Assembly: GCA_963664935.2 (NCBI GenBank)
Contig: CAXXSE010000004.1
Coordinates: 53,651-117,650, forward strand
Reading direction: 5' to 3'
Length of the DNA: 64,000 nt
DNA from: Methylococcales bacterium
GTDB taxonomy: Bacteria; Pseudomonadota; Gammaproteobacteria; Methylococcales; G963664935
In this document: positions 1 to 10,301 of the stretch, piece by piece
How the letters are laid out: every line of letters starts with the position of its first letter
Position numbering within the stretch: position 1 is the stretch's first letter
Program-made: the position numbers and the translations under genes
Notes under the pieces: model-generated
What the model saw: the letters and a program-made list of their open reading frames with translations, nothing else
Database searches by the model: none
Told to the model about the DNA's origin: nothing

Positions 1-1760
1 GGAAAAATAAACCACGTTTTTACTCAAGTGAGAAAGTACCAATGGCGCAATGATTTGTCAATCACGATCTAAAACCGGAATTTTTGGCTCTTCGTGGGGT
101 CTTTTTCCCTGATTAATGGCAAGATTTTGGCAAATTTAGTCGTTTTAGAAGGCGAAGACCATAGAGGATGCTCGGATCAAACTGAACCGAATTGAAGTGG
201 CTGTGGGTTTGAATTAGGCGGTTGCGGATAGACAGAATGCCTGGGCCGGTGAACGAGGCGGCGCCCTGGTGGGCAAACCAAGATGGGCAAGGATCTTAGC
301 GATCACCGTGGGTTCTTCGATGGCAGCGATGATTTTCAGTTCATCCCCACAATGAGGACAGTGTCGATGTCGATATCGAACACTCGCTTGAGCAAGCGGG
401 CCCAGCTGATGCGGGTGGCGGACGGTGGGCAAGATATTTCATTGAGTTGATCTGTCGCATTATCGACGTCGGCCGCTTCACCAGGGATGATTTCGGAACG
501 GTATTTGGCGTTAGGCGCTAATATGCCATGGAAGCGGATGAGATTGAGCCTTGGCCGCAGCACTAAAGCGGCCAAGCGTTGTATGAACTCGAGCGGTGAC
601 ATGACGATGTGGGTGGTCCCGTCTTGATACGGGCTCTTGAGCTTCAGCACGACATCGCCTGCGCGGTTACGTTTGAGTCGTTCATTGGCCATCGCCGGGC
701 GCGTGATGTAACGGCACAGGCGTTCGAGTTGTTTGCGCTGATGGGCGGCGCAGCGCACGTCGGCATGCAAGCTAAAGCCGTGTTCGCTGACACAACGCTT
801 GGCGGTCACCTTGGGTTCTTGCGTGGGGACGGTTTTCAGGCACAGGACTTTTTGGCCTGCCCGAGGGCCGAATGCAATTCGGTAGGTGCAAGCCGCTGAT
901 TGCAGAGGCGCCAAGGCGAGATCGGAATCGGTATCGTTATCCGCCAGGTAAGTGATCCCTTGCTCTTCAATGAGGTAGCCTCTACGAGTTAATAGTTGCA
1001 TGATCCGCTTGATGATCCGAGTGAGTAGGACCTGTAGCTGCTCAGCGGTCGGCGCACGCACGAGTTGGAATACCGGCACGTCTCCGTCGATTCGATAGAC
1101 GCCATCAAGAAACAAGCAATGCAGATGAATATTGAGGTTAGCCGCGGAACCAAACCGTTAGATAAGCGTAACAGCACCGGTTTGTGCCTCTGTGCGTTTC
1201 AAGCCGGATTGTTGGGTCAGAAACGTCGAAATGGCGCGGTTAATCACCTGTAATACTGGCGATAGCAGATCGGGATGGCTGGCGAAAAGGAAGCGCAGCG
1301 GGATCGGAAACGAAAGCACCCATTGGCGCACGGGGACCTTTGGGATGACGTGCTCCTCCAAAGGGGCGGCCGTCTCTGTCATGCGCCGGGCACCACAGGC
1401 GGGGCAAAATCCGCGCCGCTTACAGGAAAAAGCTACGAGCTTTTCATGGACACAGTCGTCACAACGCAGGCGCAAAAAACCGTGCGCTAAAACACCACAT
1501 TCCAAAAAGGCCTCGAACTCATCTTTGACAAAATCGGGCAATCTCGATCCGGTCTCCGTCTCAACTTGGGCAAAGAAAGTCTCGACGTGTTCTTGTACCA
1601 ACTGGTAGAGGATGGTTTCTTCAGGTCGCCGTCGTTCGTAGTGAACATGATGTCCAGCCGTCGCGGGCTGTGCCGCTTGACCCATGATCTGTTTGCATTG
1701 TTATTATGGGTATATAAACACCTATACAGCAGCATGGTTATACATGACCTGACAAGAGCA
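1..1760 (-). mobile_element. IS91-family (rolling-circle HUH/Y2 transposase) element, degenerate copy; the left end is at or beyond the window start
   Basis: Contains the disrupted transposase at 214-1685. Nt 1-~480 recur, closely similar, at 33643-~34165. The right boundary (~1760) is a guess, as no terminal repeat was identified. Confidence 0.6.
214..1685 (-). pseudogene. IS91-family transposase, disrupted (in-frame TAA plus a C-terminal frameshift)
   Basis: The N-terminal zinc-finger region (CDDCVHEKLVAFSCKRRGFCPACG) and the GAVTLI*RFGSAANLNIHLHCLFLDGVY block are joined in frame only through the TAA at 1158-1160. The C-terminal HCPHCGDELKIIAAIEEP sits in a different frame (214-432) from 336-1115. 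Confidence 0.85.
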
Positions 1761-2630
1761 TGTTTTCATCAATACGGATTAGAAGAGGACGGAATTCCAA
1801 GGAAACGAGACTTAATCATCTTGGTATTGAAATTTAAAAAACAAAAAGCAAGATATCAAGAGGTATCATATGGGAAAATACAGCTTGACACTCGCCATGC
1901 TTTTTATAACCAGTCGTTCAACCCGCGAGCGGGTTAACTCCACGTTAATCCAGTTCCGAAAGGCACCCTCTGAATGCCTCCTTTGAGTCGGTATTTGCTT
2001 TTCACATATAAGATCTGAGTGGCGGGTTTGAGTATAAAACAGACATACAACGTGATTTCCTGAATGACCGCTTCGAAGCATTTCCGGCCATTCAGTTATT
2101 TACCCCCGATAACCGGACTGGGTTGGGTCGATTTGAGCCTTTCGCAAAGTATCGAGTGCGCTGCTGGCGCTATGATGAAAATTATTTCAAGTCAACATGA
2201 TATTTGCCCAGTATCACCTAAAAATCGGCAACCTCGTCAAAATATACATCATCAAATAAGATCAACGTGGTTTGGAATGGGTGGCGTACGCCGAAGCCTG
2301 CCATACACCTTCGCACGTTGAATTCTTTAATCCGACATCTTGCGGCCTTGTGGATGCTACAGAAGTCTGAGTGAACGCAGTGAACTAGCATCACCGGTAT
2401 ACCAGACCATGAATCGAATTGCCTGTTAAACCCCCGCCATCGATCCCATCTTACAGAGTGACAGCCAAGGGTTGCCCGTTACCCAGTCTTGTTTAAAGTG
2501 GGACGTGGCTATCGAAGGAAATAGCCGCGCTAATTGATGGGAAAACCTTTGGAAATGATCGCGGCGGAAAACCGCAGCACTGGGACAGCGCGGAGTCTAC
2601 CGAAGTTGATTATGGCAAACCTTTCAAACA

Positions 2631-2688
2631 AAATGGCCTCAAAACCGCTTTCCCTCGCGACGACTCCTATTCTCGGACAGCCTCCTAG
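2631..2688 (+). repeat. REP-like ~55-bp repeat (family with copies at 27378, 32474 and 32655)
   Basis: The sequence aaaatggcCTCAAAACCGCTTTCCCTCGCGACGACTCCTATTCTCGGACAGCCTCCTAG ends on the fdsA stop codon (cta at 2685-2687 on the + strand). Confidence 0.7.
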
Positions 2689-5462
2689 TTAATCCGCTTC
2701 GCTAATTCACCTCCCAAAGTTGCACGGACGGCGCAAAACTTGAATTCAGGAATTTTGCCGTAGGGGTCTAGGGCTTCGTTGGTAATCAAATTGGCGGACG
2801 CTTCGTTATAACAGAATGCCATATTCAGACATCCCACCGGAATGCCGACATCAACCCGCGCGAAGGCCGTAATCTTTCCACGCCTGGATTCGATGGTAAT
2901 CAATTCGCCGGGTTGGCCGCCCAAATCATCGAGATCTTCCGGATGAATATCAATGGTGGGTTCGGGTTCGATGGCGTCAAGCATGGCAGCGTGGCGCGTC
3001 ATACTGCCAGTATGCCAGTGTTCCAGCTGGCGTCCTGTAACGAAGATAAGAGGATAATCCTCATCCGGTAACTCATCCGCCCTGGAAAAATCCGCCGGAA
3101 CAAAAAGGCCTTTGCCGGATCTGGTCGGGAAACCGTCGGTAAAGATGACGGGTTCCCCTGGGTCGCCTTCGTTTTCCAGGGGATAAGTCAATGAATCTTC
3201 TCGGTCGAGTCGTTCCCATGTCATACCCGCGATACTCGGCATGGCCTGACGCATTTCATCGAATACATCATGCGGTCCACCATAGTTCCAATTCAAGCCC
3301 AGCCGCTTTGCGATTTCTTGAATGATCCAAAGATCCTGGCGTGCATCGCCAGGTGGATCGACCACTTGCCGCCCCATTTGTACCCTTCTGTCGGTGTTGG
3401 AGAAGGTTCCGCTTTTTTCCGAAAACGCGGAGGATGGAAGGATGACGTCGGCAAAACCCGCGGTTTCCGTCAGGAAAATATCTTGGACCACCAAATGCTC
3501 CAGTTTGGCAAAGGCTTCCCGAACATGATTTTGATTGGGGTCCGACATAGCGGGATTCTCGCCTTCGATATACATCCCGAAAACATCGCCATCATGGATC
3601 GCATGGATCATCTCTACCGTGGTCAAACCGGGGTTGGGGTCCAGCTCTGTTTCCCACAACGCTTCAAACTTTTCCTGGGCCGCGGGATCGTTCACGGGGA
3701 TATAGTCGGGATAAACCATGGGGATCAAGCCCACATCCGAAGCGCCTTGCACATTATTTTGACCGCGTAGTGGGTGTAGACCGGTGCCTCGCCGACCTAT
3801 TTGCCCGGTCATTAACGCCAGGGATATCAAACAACGGGCATTATCGGTCCCGTGAATATGCTGGGAAATTCCCATACCCCATAAAATCATCGAACCTTTG
3901 GATGACGCGTATAGCCGCGCGACTTCTTTAATTCTCTCGGCTTCGATACCGCAGATTGGCGCCACTCTTTCCGGACTGTAGCCGACCAGATGGCTGCGCA
4001 TCCTATCGAAACCTTCGGTATGATTGGCAATATATTCGTCGTTTTGCAAGCCCTCTTCCAGAATCGTGTGCATAATCCCATTGAGTAAAGCCACGTCGGT
4101 ATCCGGCCTAAACTGCAGAACATGGGTGGCGTGTCGCGCAATTTCAGTCCGCCGCGGGTCCATTACAATCAATTTCGTGCCATTTTTGACCGCGTTCTTG
4201 ATGAACGTCGCCCCGACCGGGTGGTTAACCGTCGGGTTAGCGCCAATGACCACCACGACATCGGCCAAAGCGACATCCTCCACCGGGTTGGATACGGCTC
4301 CGGAACCCAGACATTCCAATAAAGCGACCACGGAGGACGCATGGCAAAGACGGGTGCAATGGTCGACGTTATTACTGCCGAAACCGGTCCGGATCAGTTT
4401 TTGGAAAAGATAGGCCTCTTCGTTACTGCCTTTAGCCGAGCCCAAGCCCGCGAGCGCATTTTTTCCTTTTCCATCGCGGATTTTTTTCAATCTCCCCGCC
4501 GCAAAATCCAGCGCCTCCTCCCAGGTCGATTCGCGAAACACTTTATCCAAATCGTTGGAATCAAGCAGTTCGACGGACTTTGGAACTCCATCCCTTCTGA
4601 TCAGGGGTTTGGTTAATCGCCGTCGATGACTGACATAGTCAAATCCATAACGCCCCTTCACACACAAGCGGCCGTGGTTGGCCGGGCCATCGCGCCCATC
4701 AACGTAGAGAATTTTATTATCCTTGACCTGATAGGTGATTAAACACCCCACACCACAATACGGACAGGTGGAATTGACTTTCTTATCGGGCTCAACCAAT
4801 CCAACTTGATTAGAGGGCATCAATGCCCCTGTGGGACACGCTTGTACACATTCGCCACACGCCACGCAGGTACTTTGGCCCATGGGATCGCCTTGATCGA
4901 AAACAATCTCTGAATGCGCTCCTCGAAAAGCGTATCCGATTACATCGTTCATTTGCTCTTCACGGCAAGCGCGGACACAACGGGTACATTGGATACACGC
5001 ATCTAAATTGACGGCGATTGACGGATGAGAAACATCGGCACTGGGCTGGTGGCGTCCTGGAAACCTTGGTGTTCCAATATCTAACTTCTCACACCACATA
5101 TCCAATTCAGATTCCAGCTTGTAGGGCGATTTGCCTTGATCAGGCATATCCGACAACAGCATTTCCAGTACCAGCTTTTGAGACTTTCGCGCTCTTTCGT
5201 TGGTGCTGCTGACCGTCATATCTTTCTGGACATTCCTGCAACAAGACGGCGCAAGTACGCGCTCACCGTCGATTTCAACCATACAGGCACGACAATTGCC
5301 ATCGGGCCGCATACCCTCCTGGTAACATAAATGGGGAATTTCTTTGCCATGACGCTTGGCCGCTTGCAGGATGGTTTCTCCTTCAAACGCCGAGAGTGGT
5401 TGCCCATCCAGACTAAAAGATATGGATTTTGGTGTTTCAATAGTATCGGGATTCGCTACCAT
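2685..5462 (-). CDS. fdsA: NAD-dependent formate dehydrogenase alpha subunit (N-terminal 2Fe-2S/4Fe-4S modules plus Mo-bisPGD catalytic domain), Cys type
   Basis: 925 aa. The N-terminus has a NuoG-like 2Fe-2S site (CYQEGMRPDGNCRACMVE) and ferredoxin motifs (CIQCTRCVRAC, CVACGECVQACP). The CPYCGVGC cluster and the active-site TRLCHASSV carry Cys rather than a TGA/Sec codon. mobA and fdhD lie nearby. Confidence 0.9.
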   Translation of the reverse strand: MVANPDTIETPKSISFSLDGQPLSAFEGETILQAAKRHGKEIPHLCYQEGMRPDGNCRACMVEIDGERVLAPSCCRNVQKDMTVSSTNERARKSQKLVLEMLLSDMPDQGKSPYKLESELDMWCEKLDIGTPRFPGRHQPSADVSHPSIAVNLDACIQCTRCVRACREEQMNDVIGYAFRGAHSEIVFDQGDPMGQSTCVACGECVQACPTGALMPSNQVGLVEPDKKVNSTCPYCGVGCLITYQVKDNKILYVDGRDGPANHGRLCVKGRYGFDYVSHRRRLTKPLIRRDGVPKSVELLDSNDLDKVFRESTWEEALDFAAGRLKKIRDGKGKNALAGLGSAKGSNEEAYLFQKLIRTGFGSNNVDHCTRLCHASSVVALLECLGSGAVSNPVEDVALADVVVVIGANPTVNHPVGATFIKNAVKNGTKLIVMDPRRTEIARHATHVLQFRPDTDVALLNGIMHTILEEGLQNDEYIANHTEGFDRMRSHLVGYSPERVAPICGIEAERIKEVARLYASSKGSMILWGMGISQHIHGTDNARCLISLALMTGQIGRRGTGLHPLRGQNNVQGASDVGLIPMVYPDYIPVNDPAAQEKFEALWETELDPNPGLTTVEMIHAIHDGDVFGMYIEGENPAMSDPNQNHVREAFAKLEHLVVQDIFLTETAGFADVILPSSAFSEKSGTFSNTDRRVQMGRQVVDPPGDARQDLWIIQEIAKRLGLNWNYGGPHDVFDEMRQAMPSIAGMTWERLDREDSLTYPLENEGDPGEPVIFTDGFPTRSGKGLFVPADFSRADELPDEDYPLIFVTGRQLEHWHTGSMTRHAAMLDAIEPEPTIDIHPEDLDDLGGQPGELITIESRRGKITAFARVDVGIPVGCLNMAFCYNEASANLITNEALDPYGKIPEFKFCAVRATLGGELAKRIN

Positions 5463-5511
5463 TTTAACTCGCTCCTCGTTGGGGTCGCATTACTTTGGGT
5501 AAGTTTGACAT

Positions 5512-7218
5512 CTATTTTAATTCCTGAGGAAAATATTTAATTACACACCGCAAAGGATTGGGCGCCGCTTGCCCCAACCCGCAAATCGAGGCATCGCACA
5601 TCACCGTGGACAGTTCCTCCAATAGACCGGCATCCCACTGGTCCCGTTCCATCAAATGAACGGCTTTTGTGGTTCCCACTCGGCATGGCGTGCATTGCCC
5701 ACAGGATTCATCTTCAAAGAATCGCATGGCATTCAGGGCGGCGGTTTTGGCGCTATCTTGATTGGACAGAACAACGATTGCCGCCGAGCCGATAAAACAG
5801 CCGTGCTCATTCAGAGTATCGAAATCCAGTGGTATATCACCCATGGAAGCGGGCAGAATACCTCCCGAGGCGCCACCGGGGAAATAACCATAAAACTCAT
5901 ATCCCTCTAACATTCCGTCGCAATATTCGTCGATCAATTCTTGCATAGTGATTCCCGCCGGCGCCAAATGAACACCGGGTTTTTGCACGCGACCACTGAC
6001 CGAAAACGAACGCAGACCTTTGCGGCCATGACGCCCCTTCGAGGCAAACCAATTGGCGCCTTTTTCGACAATATCACGGATCCAATACAGTGTTTCCATA
6101 TTGTGTTCGAGGGTCGGGCGTCCGAACAAACCCACTTCCGCCACATAAGGGGGACGTAATCTTGGCATACCCCGTTTGCCTTCGATGGATTCGATCATGG
6201 CGGATTCTTCACCACAAATGTAGGCTCCAGCTCCACGCCGCAAATGAATTTCGGGTAATCCGACCACCGGTGGATTGGCTTTCAGGGCATTTAGTTCGTC
6301 GGTCAAGATTTTTCTGCAGGCGGCGTATTCATCGCGCAGATAGACATAAATCTCAGCAATGCCGACGGCCCACGCGGCGAGCAGCATGCCTTCCAAAAAA
6401 CGATGTGGATCGGTTTCCAGATAAAATCGGTCTTTGAATGTGCCCGGCTCACCTTCGTCAATGTTGACCGCCATCAAACGGGGGGCGGGATAACCTTTGA
6501 CGATCTTCCATTTTGTTCCGGCCGGAAATCCAGCTCCACCCAAACCCCTCAGTCCGGAATCTTCCATGATGGCGATCACATCGTCCGGGCTACGGTCTCC
6601 CACCATACATGAATTCAACAGTTTATATCCGCCTTGCGCTTTATAGGCCTTATATTCGGTGTACCGGGGTACGGACGCTACGATGGCGTTTCTCCGGACC
6701 GCTTGTTCGACGCTTTCAACATTCGCTTGATCGATTGGGTTTTGGCCCACAACGGCAACGGGAGCTTGCTCGCACCGACCGACGCAGGGTACCGTCGACA
6801 CTCGTACATCGTTGCCCAAACCCTTTTGCAAGGCGCCTATTAAAGACTTAGCGCCGGCTAACTCGCAGGATATTGAATCGCAAACCCGGACGGTTAACGG
6901 CGGCGGCGGGGTTCCACCGTCTTTGACAACATCAAAGTGATGATAGAACGTGGCGACTTCGTAAATTTCAGCGCTCGCCAGTTTTAATTCATGGGCCAGC
7001 GCGACGATGTGTTTGGCGGAAATATGTTGGTAAGCATCTTGAATTTTATGTAAATGCTCGATTAACAGATCTTTTCGCCGGGGTTCATCGCCCAATAACT
7101 CGCGCACTTCCTCCAACACCGCAAGGTCTATCGGCTGCCCTTTTTTAGCCCTGCGTTTGTTTTTTATTTTTGTTATATCAACTACATTCAATTCCGCCAC
7201 TCGGTCGCCCTCCGACAA
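5512..7218 (-). CDS. fdsB: NAD-dependent formate dehydrogenase beta subunit, NuoE-like N-terminal domain fused to NuoF-like NAD/FMN/4Fe-4S domain
   Basis: 568 aa. It has the NuoF motifs GLRGLGGAGFPAGTKW, YICGEESAMIESIEGKRG and ESCGQCTPCR. The N-terminal ~150 aa carry NuoE-type cysteines (VCDSISCEL ... VPCVGRCEQAP). It lies 50 nt upstream of fdsA. The start is a TTG and uncertain. Confidence 0.85.
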   Translation of the reverse strand: MSEGDRVAELNVVDITKIKNKRRAKKGQPIDLAVLEEVRELLGDEPRRKDLLIEHLHKIQDAYQHISAKHIVALAHELKLASAEIYEVATFYHHFDVVKDGGTPPPPLTVRVCDSISCELAGAKSLIGALQKGLGNDVRVSTVPCVGRCEQAPVAVVGQNPIDQANVESVEQAVRRNAIVASVPRYTEYKAYKAQGGYKLLNSCMVGDRSPDDVIAIMEDSGLRGLGGAGFPAGTKWKIVKGYPAPRLMAVNIDEGEPGTFKDRFYLETDPHRFLEGMLLAAWAVGIAEIYVYLRDEYAACRKILTDELNALKANPPVVGLPEIHLRRGAGAYICGEESAMIESIEGKRGMPRLRPPYVAEVGLFGRPTLEHNMETLYWIRDIVEKGANWFASKGRHGRKGLRSFSVSGRVQKPGVHLAPAGITMQELIDEYCDGMLEGYEFYGYFPGGASGGILPASMGDIPLDFDTLNEHGCFIGSAAIVVLSNQDSAKTAALNAMRFFEDESCGQCTPCRVGTTKAVHLMERDQWDAGLLEELSTVMCDASICGLGQAAPNPLRCVIKYFPQELK

Positions 7219-7243
7219 ATTTCACTTCGGCCTGATTTACCAA

Positions 7244-7408
7244 AACCTGAATCCGTAACTTCACTACGGCACAAGGTACAAGCTCTTGATGCCACAGCGG
7301 TCAAAAAAATACCCACTTAACCTATGGGTGAAGCTAAGATTTTTTTGACCCCCTGTGAAACCAATATCTTGAACCCTGCTATCCGCATTGAAGTCACGGA
7401 TTCAGGTT
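7244..7408. repeat. ~165-bp palindromic (MITE/REP-like) element in the fdsB-lysR intergenic region
   Basis: The outer arms are AACCTGAATCCGTAACTTCA and TGAAGTCACGGATTCAGGTT. The inner arms are GGTCAAAAAAAT and ATTTTTTTGACC. A related copy lies at 55081-55215. Confidence 0.65.
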
Positions 7409-7544
7409 AAAATCAAAAAAATATATACCAATATAACGTAGTATTGCTCTATGATTCAAATCATCATTTTTGGTGATGGAGTGTTACTTGCCACATGAAA
7501 CCTACTCCTTCCAATTTTCCGCCAGAATCAATCCGGTCTAGCTT

Positions 7545-8433
7545 TTGAACCCCAACCATTTATTAACATTTTCCATCGTCGCACGGCTCAAAAGTATCAC
7601 CCGCGCCGCGCAACATCTGCATATTGGCCAACCCGCGGTATCCGGACAACTCAAACTGCTGCAGGACACGGTGGGGGAACCCTTGTATTACCGGGAAGGG
7701 CACCGGATTATTCTCAGTCCGGCGGGCGAAGGATTACTCGAATACGCCGACCGTCTTGCCGAAGATTTACAACAGGCCGGGGAGTACGTGAGCTGTCTTC
7801 AAACCCTTGATTCCGGTGTTCTTAGAATTGGTTCGACCATGACCATCGCCAGCTATTACCTTCCCCAGTATTTAGTTCAATTACAAACTCAGCATCCGGG
7901 AATCCAGGTTTTATGACTACCGGCAACACTCGGGAAATTATTCAAAAACAATCGGATTTGGATCTTGGGTTTATAGAAGGCCCATGGAAAATTATGATAT
8001 TCCAACCAATTATCGGGTGTTACCTTGGAAAAACGATGAAATAGTTCTTGTCGTCCACAAAGACCACAAGCTTGCCAAACAATATAGAAAAGCCGTCCCA
8101 CTCAAGGTCTTTGCCGAACATCAAGTCATTTGGCGGGAAGCCGAGTCCGGTGCGCGCCAAGTTGTGGAAACCGCATTGGCCGAAGCCGGTATCGTGGCCC
8201 CGGTCAACATAGAAGTAACCGGTGTTGCCGGAATCAAGGAATCCGTTAGGGCCGGACTTGGGATTAGTTTCGCCTCTTTTCAGGCCCTGAAAAATGAAAG
8301 CTCCGAACTCGTCGCACGCCGTATAAACCCGCCAGGAGGATTGATTTGGCACTTAAATATCATCGCACCTAAAGAAAGCATTCAGTCCCATATCGCCGGG
8401 TCGTTTATTAAAGTTTGTATGGGCGAAGTCTGA
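7545..8433 (+). pseudogene. LysR-family transcriptional regulator, two frameshifts
   Basis: The HTH is ITRAAQHLHIGQPAVSGQLKLLQ. The reading continues GIQV|MTTGNTREIIQKQSDLDLGFIEGP|ENYDIPTNYRVLPWKNDEIVLVVHKDH across three frames. The shifts are near the T-run at 7910-7913 and near 7980. It is divergent from the fds operon. Confidence 0.8.
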
Positions 8434-8520
8434 ACATCGAATATAATGTCCTGTCTCAATGGTAACTATTTGCGATTCTAGGATATCATGCAAAGATTGC
8501 CCTTTATTAGGAGGACCAAG

Positions 8521-9327
8521 ATGCATTTTTTGAAAAATATTATAAAGCTGGCTTTTCTTTCCGGTGCGTTTCTAACGACGGCGAACGCAGTCCAAGCGGC
8601 GGAATCCACAATCTGGTTGAACGACATTAAAAAAGAATTTTATGGTGGCCGCGAAATAAAGGAGTCCAGCGACATCATAGAACTTACAGCCCCTTACCGG
8701 GCGGAAGATTCAGCGTTGGTGCCCATCAAGATTACAGTTAAGATTCCCCAAACGAAAGCGCGATATATCAAAACCATCACCCTTTTTATCGACAAGAATC
8801 CCATCCCATTTTCGGGTAAATTTCACTTTACGCCGGAAAGTGGCCGCGCGGATCTGGCCATGCGGGTACGGGTTAACGCCTATTCAAACGTTCGCGCTGT
8901 CGCCGAACTGAACGACGGTAGCCTGTACATGCACAAAAAATTCGTAAAAGCCGCCGGTGGCTGTTCGGCACCGCTGGGCGCCGATCTGGAAGCTGCGATG
9001 AAGCGTATGGGTAAAATGAAATTTCGTATTGCTAACAATTTAAACCCAGGCGACCCTGCTTCAGCCCAATTGCTTATTAGTCATCCGAACATAAGTGGCC
9101 TGCAAATGAACCAGCTGACCCGTTTGTACACGCCAGCGCATTACGTCGAAGACATGAAAATTACTTTTAACAACCGGCTCGTTCTCAAAGCCAAGACGGA
9201 TATTGCAATCAGCCAGGACCCGAACTTTCGGTTTTATTTCGTGCCGAAAAAATCGGGTGTGTTAAAAGCAGAAATAAAAGACAACAAGGGCAACAGTTTT
9301 TCGCAAACTTACGAGGTTAAGATCTAA
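8521..9327 (+). CDS. Fused SoxY-SoxZ-like sulfur-carrier protein (quinoprotein-dehydrogenase-associated SoxYZ-like type), secreted
   Basis: It has a signal peptide (MHFLKNIIKLAFLSGAFLTTANAVQA), a carrier motif KAAGGCSAP and then a SoxZ-like beta domain. A GGAGGA Shine-Dalgarno sequence precedes the ATG at 8521, so this start is preferred over the ORF-track start at 8488. Confidence 0.65.
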   Translation: MHFLKNIIKLAFLSGAFLTTANAVQAAESTIWLNDIKKEFYGGREIKESSDIIELTAPYRAEDSALVPIKITVKIPQTKARYIKTITLFIDKNPIPFSGKFHFTPESGRADLAMRVRVNAYSNVRAVAELNDGSLYMHKKFVKAAGGCSAPLGADLEAAMKRMGKMKFRIANNLNPGDPASAQLLISHPNISGLQMNQLTRLYTPAHYVEDMKITFNNRLVLKAKTDIAISQDPNFRFYFVPKKSGVLKAEIKDNKGNSFSQTYEVKI

Positions 9328-9329
9328 TA

Positions 9330-9716
9330 CTATTTGAGATTGCACGCCTTTGCCGCCAAGCTTTTTGCTTCCGTCAATCGTTTGCGTAAATCTCGGGCTC
9401 TTGGAGGATCGCGGAACACCGACCCCCGTTCCCCGGGAAGGCTCCGAAATCGGGCATAGGTCTGGGCTTGGGTATATTCGGCTTCGGTCAACATTGTTGC
9501 AATCTTGTCTACGCTGCATACACAAGGGTAAAAATACTGATAACTTTGCCCGCCACGTTGGTTCATACACTCCAGAACATACTCGACACGAGTCTGGGTG
9601 GAAAAATCGTTCACGGGTTTTTGTTCAGGGGTTTCAGGGGTTGAAGCACAACCGGACAGAACGAACAGCCATGGAATAATCCAAAAATTAAATTTTCTGA
9701 GGTGTATTTTGCTCAT
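9330..9716 (-). CDS. Hypothetical lipoprotein
   Basis: It has a lipobox (LFVLSGC). The ORF-track start at 9743 is possible, but M10 at 9716 gives a canonical signal peptide. No family was recognised. Confidence 0.5.
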   Translation of the reverse strand: MSKIHLRKFNFWIIPWLFVLSGCASTPETPEQKPVNDFSTQTRVEYVLECMNQRGGQSYQYFYPCVCSVDKIATMLTEAEYTQAQTYARFRSLPGERGSVFRDPPRARDLRKRLTEAKSLAAKACNLK

Positions 9717-9788
9717 AAAACATCTTAAAAATTGTTGACTCATATCTCTTTTGATTAAAAAAATGGTTAGGGTAGTGCGAACCGAAAC

Positions 9789-10250
9789 TTACTCTTCAGC
9801 GGCAAAATCTACAATCTCTTTCAATTGTACATTCATTTCCTTCGAAAATTCATTCAATGCGTCATTGCTTGTATCGATGGGCAACAATCTCGTCTGTACA
9901 ATCACCTGTCCCTGATGTGAATACACGACGACATTACAAGGCATGTGGCGGACGGCCTCAGGCGATAACCGCAGCAGTATTTTGGCATGGGTTAAATTAC
10001 AAAATTGGATGGTATCATAATCGGGGAAATCGATTTCCCCCCGTTCACGAATGACTTTCCCAACTTTGCTGTGACCCGTGATTCTAAAATTATATTCACT
10101 AATAGCCACTCGCAATTCGGCTAATACGTCGTCGTAGGGTTTGGTGGTTTTCGCCTGATAATACTGAGTAACTTCAATGTATTGGGGAGTTACACAGCTC
10201 GATAAACCATGTGCTATGAAAATCATAAAAATATAGGGTAGTTTGGTCAT
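9789..10250 (-). CDS. DUF302-domain lipoprotein
   Basis: 153 aa with signal/lipobox AHGLSSC. The core is FRITGHSKVGKVI ... IQFCNLTHAKILL ... MPCNVVVY, typical of DUF302. Confidence 0.6.
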   Translation of the reverse strand: MTKLPYIFMIFIAHGLSSCVTPQYIEVTQYYQAKTTKPYDDVLAELRVAISEYNFRITGHSKVGKVIRERGEIDFPDYDTIQFCNLTHAKILLRLSPEAVRHMPCNVVVYSHQGQVIVQTRLLPIDTSNDALNEFSKEMNVQLKEIVDFAAEE

Positions 10251-10301
10251 TTGATTTTGAAATTATTCTCATCACACACTTAATGGTTGGGTAAGACTAT
10301 C

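Noticed and set aside
3270-5440. Multiple 60-170-aa ORFs lie antisense to, or out of frame within, fdsA/fdsB. Similar ORFs lie inside rapA, ybbP, the kinase and other large genes.
   Set aside because: They are fully nested in long, motif-supported genes. They have no recognisable motifs and are typical shadow ORFs.
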